NCBI RefSeq assembly: GCF_021028975.2
Contig: NC_059436.1
Span: 46,748,001 to 46,812,000 of the forward strand
Source of the DNA: Sphaerodactylus townsendi
Taxonomy: Eukaryota
Length of the DNA: 64,000 nt
Reading direction: 5' to 3'
Positions within the stretch are counted from its first letter, which is position 1. Each line of letters opens with the position of its first letter. This document shows positions 22,890 through 36,049 of the stretch, in pieces. The position numbers were made by a program, and so were the translations under genes. The notes beneath the pieces were generated by a model. It had not been told where the DNA came from. It saw only the letters and a list, made by a program, of their open reading frames with translations, and did not search any database.

Positions 22890-24738
22890 TTAAATTGAGC
22901 AAGGAGCAAGGAGTCTTTCCAGATGGGTTGAAGGAGGCAGTGGTCCGCCCACTCTTGAAAAGACCATCGTTAGATCCTAGAGATCTGGCCAATTACCGCC
23001 CCGTCTCGAATCTTTCGTTTCTGGGGAAGGTAATTGAGAGAGTGGTGTTGGAGCAGCTTCAGGGTTTCCTGGATGAAACATCAGCTTTCTCGGAATTCCC
23101 TTCCAGTCCCGGGCTTCCGTGCTGGGCATGGGACGGAGAGCGGTTCTCATCAGCTGTCACAGATACGCCTCCGTATGCAACTTGACCGGGAGAGAGCGTG
23201 GATTCCGGCCAAGCTGCTGGTGTTGTTAGATCTCACCGCGAGCGCTTGTCAATGATGGCTTCGCACTCACGCACCTTTGGCTCCACCGGGCCTGTGCCAG
23301 CCTCTCGGGGTCCGGGCACTGTCGCCTTCAATGGATTGTCTGGATGCCTCCGGGGCGGAGTCAGCAAGTGTGGTGTGGGGACAAAAGCCTTCCCAGAGGT
23401 ACCGCCCAGCTTCGGTAGTTGTGGTGTTAGCACTCAGGGGGCATTGTTGTCCCTACTGTTATTTAACATGCTATATGCGACCCTTGCTCGAAGTTGAGTA
23501 ATGGAGCTTCTTTGGGCTGGTCTGCCATCAGTATGCTGGATGACACTCAGCTCATTCTGTCGATGGAGGCGGGGAGCTGCTCTCACCGCCCCTGCAGCTC
23601 TACAGCATTGTTTGGCAAGGCTGGTTAAGCTGGTTGGTTACAAACAGAGCAGGTTAAAACTTTAATCCATCGGCACGGAGATCCCTCCTGGCTTGGCCGG
23701 GGGGTGGAGATTGGGAATTCCTGTCAGCCGCCCGATTGTGGGAGGGGGTCAGCATTGGCTGCCCGACACTCCCTCCGGCCCACAGCACTGGGGGGGTCCA
23801 CTCTGGATTAAAACGGCTCTTTTCAATGGAGACCCAGGTGGGCTCCATACAACCCGGGTTGTAGCTTTTTCTCCCATTCTCGACAGGCCCGACGGGCTGA
23901 ACCGCTTCCTCTCCAACGCCTGACCTTAGCCACTGTGATCCATGCAGCACAATGTCACCTCCCAGGCTAGACTATTGTAACTTGTAACTCGGGCTTCACG
24001 CTGGCTCTTCCCACTTTATGCCTGGATTCGAAGCTAAAACTGGTCCAACATGCGGCGGCACGGTTGCTTACAGGCAGCGCCATCTGGGGATCATATCCAG
24101 CCTGTGCTGCGCCAGCTGCATTGGCTCCCAGTGGAGTTCCGAATCATTTTCAAGGTAAGTTGGTGTTGACCAACTTTAAGGCCTCAAGACAAGTGCCTTG
24201 GGGACCCCTCGTACTCTTCTGGGACCCAGACAATTACCCCCATATGTCCCGAAATGTTTCCTCTGGCGCTCAGCAGAGGGCCAATTTACCTGGAGATCCC
24301 TGGCCCCTCAATGATGCTGCTGGTTCTTTCCACTTTCGGCCAGGGGCCTTTACTGCTCTGGGCTCCTGCCTGGTGGGAACACCTCTACTCACTCAGCTGT
24401 CCGGGCCCTGTGGGACCTTGGAGGAGTTCCACAGAGGGCCTGCAAGACCTAATTGATTCGCACCGAGACCTCGGAGAGACCTAGCCAGCTGAGGGTGTCT
24501 TCCCTCTGCTTTCATCCTCCCCCCTGCTGTATAGGGTCCCTAACATCATCGGGACCCATCATTCTTCTTGGGAGGGTTGCATATGGGTTCGTGGGATACT
24601 GTTTTAGAATGAAAATTTTAAACTTTTATATGTTTATGTTTATATATGCTTTTATATTGTTCACCGCCCTGAGCCCTTTGGGGATAGGGCGGTATATTAA
24701 ATCAAATAATAAATATAATAAATAAATAAATAAATAAA
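22890..24738 (+). mobile_element. 5'-truncated L2-clade LINE (reverse-transcriptase region plus 3' end), heavily frameshifted
   Basis: LKEAVVRPLLKRPSLDPRDLANYRPVSNLSFLGKVIERVV; remnants of the QG..LSP.LFN and YADD motifs; ends CCGCCCTGAGCCC...GGGCGGTATA followed by (TAAA)n. Confidence 0.85.
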
Positions 24739-25424
24739 TCTTAGGCCAAGGTTAGGGCTTGATTTCAGTCTTACATGATCCGCTTTGTTGGGGATCTGGG
24801 ATTTGTTTGTTTTCTGCTAGGATTCCTATGGTTCATTGGTGCCTGATACTTATACTAAACAAGGGTACATACCTTAGATCTCTAAGCGGTTACAGCAGTC
24901 CGGTCATTGTGAATCTACACTCTCTTATCAGAGAATTCTAAATCTGGATTAAGCTGTGGTGTAATTCTCAGGGGTTTTGAGGATGCTAATTCATTTGCAT
25001 CTGTATGCCTGGACATAAGTTATGGTAGTTAGTTTCTAGCCAGGATTTCTTTATCACTCTGTGCACAAGGAGGAGGGGAATGAGGCACAAATGAGCTTGG
25101 CAAAAAATCTGGTTCTAGTTGGAACCCCTGAACGCAGCCTACAAAATGATGATCATGAAAAATACAGAGACGTTACAAGCGGTCAGTTTTGCTGAAAAGA
25201 GAAAAGCAGTAATTCACCATCCCCCCCCCTTCCAAAGAAACAGATTCAACATCCATTGAAATGCTGCAGGAGTGAACAAGAACCAAAAAGCAGGAACAAG
25301 GGATAAGTATTGGATGGAGTCTGCAACCTGTGGCTCTCCAGATGTTCATGGACTACACTTCCCATCAGCCCCTTCTAGCATGGCCAATGGGCATGGCCTC
25401 ATTTGGAATACTCATTTGGAATTT

Positions 25425-26170
25425 GGAATACAGACCAGTGGCCCATCTAGTCCAGCATCCTGTCTCCCATCCTGCCCACCAGTTATTGTAGAAGGCCAAG
25501 GTCTTCCCCTGATGTCACTTCCTAGCACCATATTCAAAGGTTTACTGCCCCAAAATGTGAAGGATCCCTTCAGGGTCCATTGGTAGTAGCCACTAAAAGA
25601 TCTCTCCTCCATGAATTTGTCTAATCCTCTTTTAAGCCAACTATGCTTGCGACCATTACAACGTCCTCTAGCAGGAAATTTCACATTTTAATCGTTCTTT
25701 GGATAAAGAAGGAGTTCCTTTTCTCTGCTCTGAATCTATTGCTCGTCAACTTCATTGGGTGCCTCCAAATTTCACTACTTTGGAGAGGGAGAAAAAGTTA
25801 TCCATCCCATGCATCATTTTATAAACATTTATCCTATCTTCCCTCAGGCATTTGTTTTCTCAAATGAAAGTCTCTTTTGCCTTCCCTCATAGGAAATGTG
25901 CTCCAGTTGGTCAATTATCTTTTCTATGTTTTTTCAGCTCTCCAGTGTCTTTTTTGAGAAATGGTTACCAGAATTATACAGAGTATACCAAGTGAGGCCA
26001 TGTTACAATCCTATACAGGGGCATTATAACAGACAGTTTTCTTCTGAGCCCTTTTCTTAATAATCCTCAGCATGAAGTTTGCCGTTTTCACCACCGCCAC
26101 ACACTGAGTTGACTTTTTCATTGAGTTATCCACTTTTGGAAGTCCAAATATACAATGTCAACTGGATCAC
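25425..26170 (-). mobile_element. Decayed CR1 LINE 3' fragment
   Basis: Minus-strand LKRGLDKFMEERS and CR1 3'UTR GCTGGACTAGATGGGCCACTGGTCTG. Confidence 0.75.
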
Positions 26171-26172
26171 CA

Positions 26173-26421
26173 GGAGCAGCAGTGGCGTAGTGGTTAAGAG
26201 CAGGTGTACTCTAATCTGGAGGAACTGGGTTTGATTCCCCGCTCTGCCGCCAGCTCTGGAGGCTTATCTGGGGAATTCAGATTAGCCTGTACACTCCAAC
26301 ACATGCCAGCTGGGAGACCTTGGGCTAGTCACAGCAGGGGAAGGGTAAGGAGTTTGCAAACCCCTTTGAGTTTCCTATGGGAGAGAAGGGGGGGGGGGGA
26401 TATAAATCCAACTCTTCTTCT
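26173..26421 (+). mobile_element. Squam3-like SINE, internally deleted
   Basis: Similarity to 11256-11552. Confidence 0.78.
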
Positions 26422-26789
26422 ACCTACAGGCTTATTTTCTTTCTCAAAGAATTTCAAAAGCTAGGTGAGGCAGAATTTGCCTTTACTGAAGCCATGCCAA
26501 TTTTCTCTCAGCAGGCCTTGTTCCTCAGTATGCTTTATAATTGTATCTATCTAGACTTCACCCTCCAAAGCAACCATTTTCTCCATGGGAATGGCTCTCT
26601 GTAGTCTGGAGATCTGTTGTGATCCTAGGAGATCTCCATGCCGCAGCTAGAGATTGGCAACCCTACTGAGCAATTAGTGTGTGTCTGTTACAGTTGAATA
26701 TGGTAAATTGACCATATTTACCTTGAAATTCATGGCATCTCTTATGTTCAAAAAATTTGCTATTTTACAATCCGTTATCAACAATTCAA

Positions 26790-27585
26790 AATAGAAAGAG
26801 ACTGACCAGTAAAGACAGTGTAGAATTGATGGACAGAAGATAGGAAACTAGCTATCCTTTCACACAGATCTGCGGAAGGGCTATTTAATAAAAGGGACAT
26901 CAAAGGTGCAAAAGAGGAGTCAGCTCTCAGTGCAAGAACAGGGGTTAAGAACTTAGCCTGTATCTCAACATAGAATGACCAGATGAATAAAATAAGTTGT
27001 GTGGTTTCAATAGTGCCTGAATCACTCTTTCCGTACATGGTACTCTCTGGAGTCTGGGAATCCCAAGCACATCAGGCCATATAGCTGAATATCTTTCTCT
27101 TACAACATCTGAGATCGCACAAAGCTTATGCTCTCACATGCAAGCCGAGATTCCCAGACTCAACCAGCAGCATTTCTTAGAGGCATACTGGCACTAATTT
27201 GTCAGGTGCAGACCAGGAAATAGAAAGAGAGCCAGTTTTAGAATGGTAAGAAAGGAAGTCAAAGCTGCAACAGAGGAGTCAGCTCTCAGTGCAAGAATGA
27301 GAGTTAAGAACTTAGCCTGAATCTCAGCACAGAATGACCAGAAGAATCAAATATGTTTGTACTGTTTCAATAGTGCCTGAATCACAAGGGCAGACTCTTT
27401 CTGCAGAGAGTAAAACAGATGGCATAGCATTACAGCGTGCGAGAGCATAAGCTATACACTGCCTTGGATTTTGTAAGAGGGAAAGATGATCTGGTATGCT
27501 TGAGATACCCAGACTCAACCGGCAGCATTTCTTAAGAGGCTTACAGGCACTAATTCATCAGAGACCAAGAAATAGTAAGCGCCTT
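26790..27585. repeat. Diverged local tandem duplication (~360-bp period)
   Basis: 26901-27025 resembles 27261-27385, and 27147-27230 resembles 27502-27580. Confidence 0.8.
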
Positions 27586-27849
27586 TTTTAAGCATTGCAC
27601 ATTTTCAGCCAGATGTTGGTCAGGTAGTTTTATCCTGCAAGCAGAGCACAACTCAAGGCTTTGTGGCTGTGTGTCAGCTGCTGTATAATGGAGCCCAGTA
27701 ACCACCCCTGCGTAAATTGCAGCCAGTGTTTTCAAAAGTGGGACTTCATCTGATTTGCACATTTGTTCAGCTCCACCATCCCCCCCCCCCGCTAATGTTA
27801 ACCACTTAGGTGCTGCTCCCCTTTTATTCTCTCCCCCATTGCTACTACT

Positions 27850-28180
27850 ATGGAGCAGCTGCTCGCTCCCTCCCTCCCCTTCGCCTGAGGTAACAGCGAA
27901 CAGAACAGAAAAACGGAGGAGGGAGAGGGCGGGCCCTTTTCAGCGTGACTGAAGGCCCCTCCCACCAATCGCCGCGCTGCCATTTCCTGTCAGGGCTTCC
28001 GGGACCCAATAGAAAGCCCGAACTCCCCTTCTCCCCCTTCTTTGCCCTTTCTGTCCAATCTACAGAGAGCATTTTACCCTCTCCCTTTGAGCCGGTCGGG
28101 TTGCTCTCCCGCCCCCTTTTACGCTGTTGGCGTAGCGGGCGCAATCAGCGCAGTGCTGGCAGGGCCAGCGAGAGGGGAAG
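27850..28180 (+). promoter_or_regulatory. EEIG1: CpG-island promoter and probable non-coding first exon of EEIG1/FAM102A
   Basis: CpG-rich; CCAAT at 27965, 28006 and 28055; GC box; strong donor AAG|GTAAGA at 28180/28181; 6.4 kb upstream of the first coding exon on the same strand. Confidence 0.65.
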
Positions 28181-29169
28181 GTAAGAGAATCGCGCTGCAG
28201 CTGGGACGCCCCCCCCACACCCGCCCCAGTCCCAAAATGGGGGGCTCTCATCGCTCTGAGGGGCAGCTGGTCGTAAACTGGGGTGTGTGTGAGGGGGGGT
28301 TTCTCGAGGGTTTCAAAATGGAGCTTGTGGGAGGGGAAAGGATCGTTTTCAGCTTCGGGGAGCTGAGAACAGGGCTGGTTTATGGGTTGGGGAGGTTGCA
28401 TTCAGTTGTGGAAAGAGTGGGTCTCTCTTGGGGGGCTGGGGATGTGTTTCCTGGGGAGGGGTTTCTTCTTCTTTTCCTTCCCAGGTGCAAACTTGGAGGG
28501 GGTGGAGGGTGTTTGGGGGGGGTGGTCTTGTGGGCCCCTTTAAATACTTCTGATGTTGCCCCATGCAACCCTTCCTGGGGAATCAGCCTCCTTGGGCCAA
28601 GGGAGGCTGACTCCCGAGTAAAGCCAGCCAGGCATGCAGTTGTGGCAGAGGCGCTCGAAGCAGGTTCTTCTGCGGTTCTGCTTCATCCAACTCGTCCTCC
28701 TGACCTTTCTTTCTTTGGCAGGTTTTTTTTTTTTATGTTTATATGACACGTGTACAGAGAGGAAGGAGGGGAACCAGCCAACAGAGGAGTCACTGGAATG
28801 CATAAGGTCCTGCCTGTGACATTTGCATGCATTGTGCAATTGTATGAGAGACTGGCGGGCTAGCAGCCGTAGTCGTAGGTGGTAAATAAGGTCAGGCTTC
28901 ATGGAGGTGGTGAGGTGGGTTCTGGCCCAGTAAACCTCACTGAAACATTTCAGGTGCGGCGCAACCTCCCTTCTTGATTTGGCTACGAACGGAGTAATGT
29001 AACTATCGTGTTTGGTCCCGTCACGTTAACTCACTGTAAGTTTCTTGACGGAAATGTGGAGCATCTTTCTCCTATACCGGAATCCTGGGTTGGGTGGGGG
29101 CTGAAAGGGGTTTACTTCTATTAGTATATTTGCCCTTTAATATCCCAGCCTTGGGATCGGGCGCCCCCA

Positions 29170-29322
29170 CTATTGTTTACTGGATATGTAATGCTGCTGT
29201 GTTCTATACAGTTTAGGTTATGGGTTTTAATTATTTATTTATTGTGTATTATTGTCGTACTTATCGTTTTGTTGTACACCGCCCAGAGCCCTTTGGGGGT
29301 GGGCAGTTCATTAAATCTAATC

Positions 29323-29370
<48 letters not shown>
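29170..29370 (+). repeat. L2 3' end with (AAT)n microsatellite tail; similar tails at ~33130-33245 (+) and ~58310-58500 (-)
   Basis: CCGCCCAGAGCCCTTTGGGGGTGGGC stem-loop followed by an AAT run. Confidence 0.75.
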
Positions 29371-29372
<2 letters not shown>

Positions 29373-31147
29373 CTACAGCCTTATTGTGGCATTACCCAAT
29401 CTATTTGTTTTCAAATATCATGACACGTCTCCTCTTCTTGCTGTAGTAGGCTAGTGTTTTATCTTGGAGACCTATTTCTACTCTGCTATTATTTTATTTA
29501 TTGATTTTATTTATGCCCTTACTTTGTCCCTGGTGGGGACTCGAAGCAACTTACATTGTTGTCCTGTCCTCCATTTTACCCTCACAACAGCCCTGTAAGG
29601 TCAGATAGCCTGTGTGAAGAGGTTGTTCAGGCCCAAAGTTACCGGCCAAGCTTGCATGGCAGAATGAGGATTTAAACTGGGTTTCCCTAGATCCTAGATT
29701 GACATGCTAGGGAGGTGCTGTAGGGAGCTCAATACCATGTACACAGCTATTCTTTCTTCTGATTCGCCATCACAGTGAGGTAGAATGTGACTAGCCCAAG
29801 ATCATCTAACTAGTTTCATGGCTGAGCAGGGATCTGAGCCCAGTCTCTCTGGCTAGATATTCCATCTGCTCTGTTAGTTTTTCCTCTCTATTTGTAATGT
29901 GTGTTCTGGCATCTCTGCCGTAGTTTGACCTCTGTAGGGTTTCCAAGTGAAGGGTTAAAACAAGAGTGGTTTGATTGCAGCCTTGTGTGATCTATTTCTT
30001 GTTTTCATCAAAAATATTCCTCCTCAGCCAAGGAGGTAGATTGAATTTTTGAAACAGAAGTGAATGCTCTGGATCTCTTAGCTTACCTGTAATAAGTGAT
30101 TTGGTTCCTGGGCCCCTTAGTGAAGGGGGGTGGGGAGTGAGCTGCCTCCAGTCTTGCTTAGGTTACCTTTTGCTGTGGTCCACTGGGGTGTTTGCAATTT
30201 TCAAAACAGTAGTTAACTTAAATCTTCGTTAAGAGCAGCTACCATACTGTCCAGCCTGCCTCCCGCTGACCCTGACATCCTCCATTCAGAGTCCAGGCCG
30301 CATCTGGCCCCATTACCACTGCGCCTGAGGCCGGCTGGATTTTCTGTAGCTTGCTTGTAATTTAGTGAATTAGGCAAGTCTCCACCTTATCCCCAGCTTC
30401 CTGGAGGAGGAGGGAGTCTGACGCGCTGAAGTACCATAACAAGGCTTCTTCCCACTGTCCCAGGAGGAAAATGGCACCCAGAGACAGCCATTCTCCGGGT
30501 GCCCCCCACAATGCCAGGGGGCAGGGCACAGGGGGTGGGGCTCCACCCCCCGAGCCCTGCCCCTATGCTTATAAAAGCAAAGGAGCTGTGCACGGTGCAT
30601 TTCAGTTCCTTCTGCTCTCCCCAGAGGAGAGGGCAGAAGGGACTGCTGGCTAGGAGCCGGGAGGGGGGGGGCAAGGCCTGGGAAGCAGTGTCCTCGGGCT
30701 GCCTTTGCACCACCCATGTTGATGACAACAGGGGCAGGGCCAAGGGTGCCCAAAGATGATGAGGCAACAGGACTTCCTGGTCACGTGGGGGCCAATTTTG
30801 CCCCCCCACATGACCAAATTAGTGGCGCCTGGGGACAGAGGGTACCCCTGTCCTTAGGCAGATACACCACTGCACTGTCCTTTCTTATGCAAATTCTTTT
30901 GGGAATGAGTGGGAGGGGGGATTGTTTGGGTGAGCAAATGTTTCAAGATATATATGGGGCGGTGTGAGAGACAGAGCCTTCAGCTCTGGCTTTTTGAACC
31001 CCGGGTCCTGACACAGGTCAATAAAGCTCTTGAAATATTCCCAAGTCTCGATTATTGACTGGAGTAACAGACCCTTACACATACTGACTAGAATCAAGGC
31101 TCACCTTAGCCTGATCTAGAATTTCAGCAAGCCAGTATGCGCTAGAT

Positions 31148-31293
31148 CAGTGGTGGCGAACCTTTGGCACTCCAGATGTCATGGACTACAATTCCCATCA
31201 GCCTCTACCAGCATGGCCGATTGGCCTTGCTGGCAGGGACTGATGGGAATTGTAGTCCATAACATCTGGAGTGCCAAAGGTTCGCCACCGCGG
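31148..31293. mobile_element. Palindromic hAT MITE, CAGTGGTGGCGAACC TIR type
   Basis: Perfect TSD CGCTAGAT. Confidence 0.9.
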
Positions 31294-33285
31294 CGCTAGA
31301 TGTTTTACCCAGAGTTGGCCAGTGGTCCGCTCAGTCTGCATCTTGGAACGGGAGACCAGAAGTAAAGGAGAAAGGTAGTCTATGTTTCCTCTAGTTTATC
31401 CCCATGATCGCTACCTTCTCCTGCCTTTTGTACAAACAGCACAGAATTGCACCAAGAGAATTATGAGAGTCAAACGTGGATGGTAAAGCTTAGCTGAAGA
31501 ACTTTCTGAGGTTTGGCTCTCTCCTTGTCCATCAATCTCCACCCTTGGACGCAGTGTCCTACTAAATGCATTCTCCTTCTTTGCACCACTAAACGGAGCT
31601 ATCGGTCTGTGCTCCCCCCATATTATTCCCTAAGTGAAGGTCTGAAGTCCTTACAGTGTTGGAGGAAGGAGTGTTGGAGGAAGGAGGAAGCACGAGGATT
31701 TGTAGAAACTGCTGGAGGATTCGGTCCTAAACTCTTGAAGCATCCAGTTGGAAGACAAACTGTTTTGGCTTGTGGGAAGGAGAGACAAAGGAGAGCGTAC
31801 AGTTGGCATTTGGCCTGAGGATCTGATTTGAGGAAAATCTTGGCTCTGTGCTCTGAGCTTAAAACTAGGACGAAGTTTGCTGCACGGGAAATTCGAGGAG
31901 TTAAGGCTGGTGACTGGGCAGCATGGTTGAATACAGAAGTCCCCAAGCTTTTTGAGTCTGTGGGCACCTTTGGGATTCTGCCATAAAAGGTCAAACCAAC
32001 CACAAAAGGGCCGCCACAAGAGGTAAGGCCAAGCACAAAATGTCAGGGAGTGGATTCATGCGCAACTCTCATAGTAACTCTTCATTTCCGGCAGAAACTC
32101 AGTTCGAAAGGATGCCTTTTAAAACGAACTAGTGTTTTAAAATATTTTTTTCTTGCATACGCACAGTGCACCCTCAGTCATATAGTAAAGATGCTCGGGT
32201 TGTAGCGGCCGTTCCTGCTGGCGGTGCTTTGTTGAAATTCTGCACAGCAAATCAGATCTTCAGTGGCCAGTCCCCCCTCCCCTTACCCTGCCCACTTTCT
32301 AAAATTCTTGTGGACATCTGGAAAGGTGTTTGAAGGCACCCTGGCTCCCATGAGCACCATGTTGGGGATCCTTGGGTGAGCAAAACAGAGTGTTGCCGAG
32401 ATCAACTTACTGTTGGGGTGGAGGGCCAAGAAGGGAACTGAGGGAGCGTGGAAGCCAGCTGGGAAAAACATGGCTTAGGGAACCACTGTTCGAATTGTGC
32501 CCAGAAGAAAGAACTTATTGCTTGAGAGGCTCACTGGGGTGAGATGACAGGATAGGAAGCCAAGTAAAATGACTGTGTGGGAAATATTCATTAGTTAATG
32601 GAAATTGGGATGTTTCATGGGTGTTTCATGGAAATTGGGATGTTTCATGTTTGGAGAAGGAAGGAATAAGGAATGTTTGAGATGCTAGTCCGACTCAGAG
32701 TTGGTAGCTTCCTTTAACTGTTAAGACTTCGAGCTTGTTGCATGAGGGGTGCAGCTGAAGGGGTGGTTCTGAACTTCAGGATCATTCCTTGAAGAGTGCG
32801 GGAGAGGAAGTGAGCCTATCAAGAAACATGACAGACCAAGTCCTGAGAATCCATTTCGTGTGTTTATTTTTGCCATCAGCAGACTCATCCCTTGTACTTG
32901 CTTTCCAGTCAATAATTTCTAACCAGGATCTGCTTTGCTAAACCTGACTGTTTACCTGCTGTAAGTCACTGAGAATTAACAACTGAGTCAAATCCAGAGG
33001 TTTAAGAACACCGATTAAAGGCAGGTTTAAGGCTGGATGAAGGCTGTCTGGTTATAAAATTGGGGTGTTTAATTTATAGCTTTTAATGTGGTAAACTGCT
33101 GCTCAGGTTTTAGGTTTTTAATGATTTTAGTGTTTATGCTGTTGATTTGCTGTCCGATTCAACAGCCATACTGTGAGCCGCCTTGAGCCCTTCGGGGATA
33201 AGGCGGCCTATAAGTCTAATAAAATAAATAAATAAATAAATTATAATACAGCTTTGGAGGACCTTGAGCAAACTCCTGTACCTGC

Positions 33286-33556
33286 TGGTTGTGGTGGGTT
33301 TTCCGGGCTGTGTGGCCGTGGTCTGGTAGATCTTGTTCCTAACATTTCTCCTGCATCTGTGGCTGGCATCTTCAGAAGTGTATCACTGAGAGAAGTCTGT
33401 TACACACTGTGTCCAGTATCCCTCTGCGATACATCTCTGAAGATGCCAGCCACAGATGCAGGCAAAACATTAGGAACAAGATCTACCAGACCACGGCCAC
33501 ACAGCCCAGAAAACCCACCACAACCAGTTGAATCCGGCCGTGAAAGCCTTCGACAA
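33286..33556. mobile_element. Penelope-like inverted remnant (subfamily B); both hammerheads mutated in the GAAA/stem III region
   Basis: Inverted arms; TSD TCCTGTACCTGC/TCCTGCACCTGC; the + arm core reads GGCAAAACATT instead of GGCGAAACGTT. Confidence 0.8.
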
Positions 33557-34518
33557 TCCTGCACCTGCCTTCTCCCTTGACATGCTTCTGAGGTGGCCGA
33601 GTACTTCTTGAAGCTGGCTGAAAATCGCAAGAGAAAGGCCACAAACTGAATTTTACCAAAAGCTTGTTAGCGTATACATGAGTGTAGAGAAATAGAACAT
33701 GATGGTCCTTTTTGATGCGTGATGTGTCTTATTGATGTGTCATATTGATGTGTATTGAAAATTATATAAAAATATTTTTTCAGGGTTGTACATCTTGATT
33801 GTTTCAAGAGGACTGCGGTAGCCGTTGCTATGTACAGGAAAGAATGATGTTTGGGGTGGGAGGAAGATAACCTGCATTGGTGCTTAGATCAGAATGAGAT
33901 AAGACTTGAGCGTTTGTCTATAATTAGATGGGGCTGGGTACAGAGGGAGGAGCTTCACGCTGTCTCTGCCTAACCACCTTGCTTCCTTCCTTAGGCTGAC
34001 AAGAAACCTGTGATAGCCACAGCAGAAGCAGCAACGGCTTTTCTGCGTTTGAAGCTTTGCACAAGGGGAGGAGGCTGAAACTGTGAAGCTTAGACTGTGC
34101 CACACGCCAGCTCAGAAAGAAGACGGCAATGCTTTCGAGAGGGGCCCTGCAAGAAACCGATCACTTCCACCTGTAATCAAAACAGCTCCTGCTGGTCTGG
34201 AGTTCAGATTCCCACCCTCTCCTGTTCCCCTCCCTTGGAGATGAACCAGAGGCTCGATCTTTCCTCCTCCTTGCCTGAAATCTCCATCAGCAATGATACT
34301 ATAGCCAGATCCGACCACCAAAGAGAGAAGGAGATTTTTCCCTTTAAAGCTAGGCTTCTATTGCAACTGAACTAGGATTCATCCTTTATTTTTTTTTAAA
34401 TTGGATCAACTGTGGGCTTTTAGGTTTCATTTGACATTTTGAAACATCATTATTGTTTCCATTTGTTGTCATAGCTGCTGCTGCTGTTGGTTTTCTTGGA
34501 TAAAAATTGGATTTATAA

Positions 34519-34695
<177 letters not shown>

Positions 34696-35898
34696 TAAGA
34701 AATCGTTTGGGCAGTGCTGTTCTCTGCCTCTTCTTTACCGGATATATGTCGCTCTGAGCAGGTTGTGTATGACTAGAACTTTTCCTTTTCTTCCGTTGTT
34801 ACATACGGCTGCCCCCTCTTTTTTTTGATGTAAAACTGTGGGAAGAGATACTCCGCTGTGTGTAGTCCCCAGATTCTTCTGGGAGTTGAGCTGATGCTCT
34901 TCCCTAGAAACTGCATACTTGGCATTGCCATCCTAAGCAGAGATAACCTTTAAGTGATCTAGAGCACCTTCCCTACTCAAGTCGCCCATATAGTAATGAG
35001 AAACTCCGTAGAGTAATGAGAAACTCCCTACTCGAGTCGCCCATATAGTAATGAGAAATGGGGAAGCTGCTTTGCTGTGTTGCATGAAAGCAGTGCAGAC
35101 TCTTGTGGCACTTAAAAGCTTAACACACGTTCCGGCATAAGAGCTCTTGAATGAAAACTCACTTTGTTACATGTGTGAAGTGTTAGTTATGGGTTCAGCC
35201 CTCCATGGCGACTGAGAAGAGGGGATGTTCTAAAAGAGGCCAGAAGATCCAGCAATTCAAGAAACAGTTTAATGTTATTGAACCCTCATACAGACAGCAG
35301 CTTGGTTTCAACAGAAGCAATGCGTGTCCCACCCTGCTTGGATCATTTATGCTTTTGACTGGGTTATTTCTTTGTGGTCTGCATAGTAAATTATGATCTG
35401 CATCTATCTTTGGATGGCTTGACCTTCTGGTATCGTTTTGCAGTCATCTTCCCCACCCTTATGTCTGTTAGCATATGTGCATGGAAATCTATTATAAATG
35501 CATGCTCATTTATCAATATAAATGAAGGGAGGTGACTGCAGAGTGAGGCTCAAAGGCCCAGAGATCCAAGGAACAGATGTTATGAGCACAAGATCCAGTT
35601 AGAGTGGGAGTGGATCGCTCCTAACTGCCGATGAATTGCTGAAGTCAAAGGAATGGGGTACGCCGATCGCTGAAGAGGGACAATCCCTTTCTGTAAAGTG
35701 CTTCCTGATTCTTGTTAAGACCAAGAAGTTTCCTGTGCAGTTTTGACACTCTTCAGTCTGTTCTCTTGCAGCTGCCTCCCATCCCTCCCTTTTGTTTGTA
35801 CCTGTTTGCATCACCTGTAGTGAAGGGAGTTGCCTCTGTGCCAGTCACGAAAGCTGGGAAACTATGCAACCCAACGACAGTGTAAGAGTCTGTGCATA

Positions 35899-36049
35899 GG
35901 GTGCTGTGTGGTTTCCGGGCTGTATGGCCGTGTTCTAGCAGCATTCTCTCCTGACGTTTCGCCTGCATCTGTGGCTGGCATCTTCAGAGGATACAGCCCG
36001 GAAACCACACAGCACCCCAGTGATTCTGGCCGTGAAAGCCTTCGACAAT
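35899..36049. mobile_element. Penelope-like inverted remnant (subfamily A); intact hammerhead on - strand at 35949-35991
   Basis: Perfect 12-bp TSD AGTCTGTGCATA (35887-35898 / 36050-36061). Confidence 0.82.

Noticed and set aside
28042-28746. 234-aa Gly-rich ORF at the EEIG1 CpG island
   Set aside because: Non-ATG start, G-rich low-complexity sequence, and it runs through a strong splice donor.
34970-35060. Short local duplications (also 20120-20220, 32600-32650, 62575-62665)
   Set aside because: Ordinary slippage-type duplications with no sign of function.
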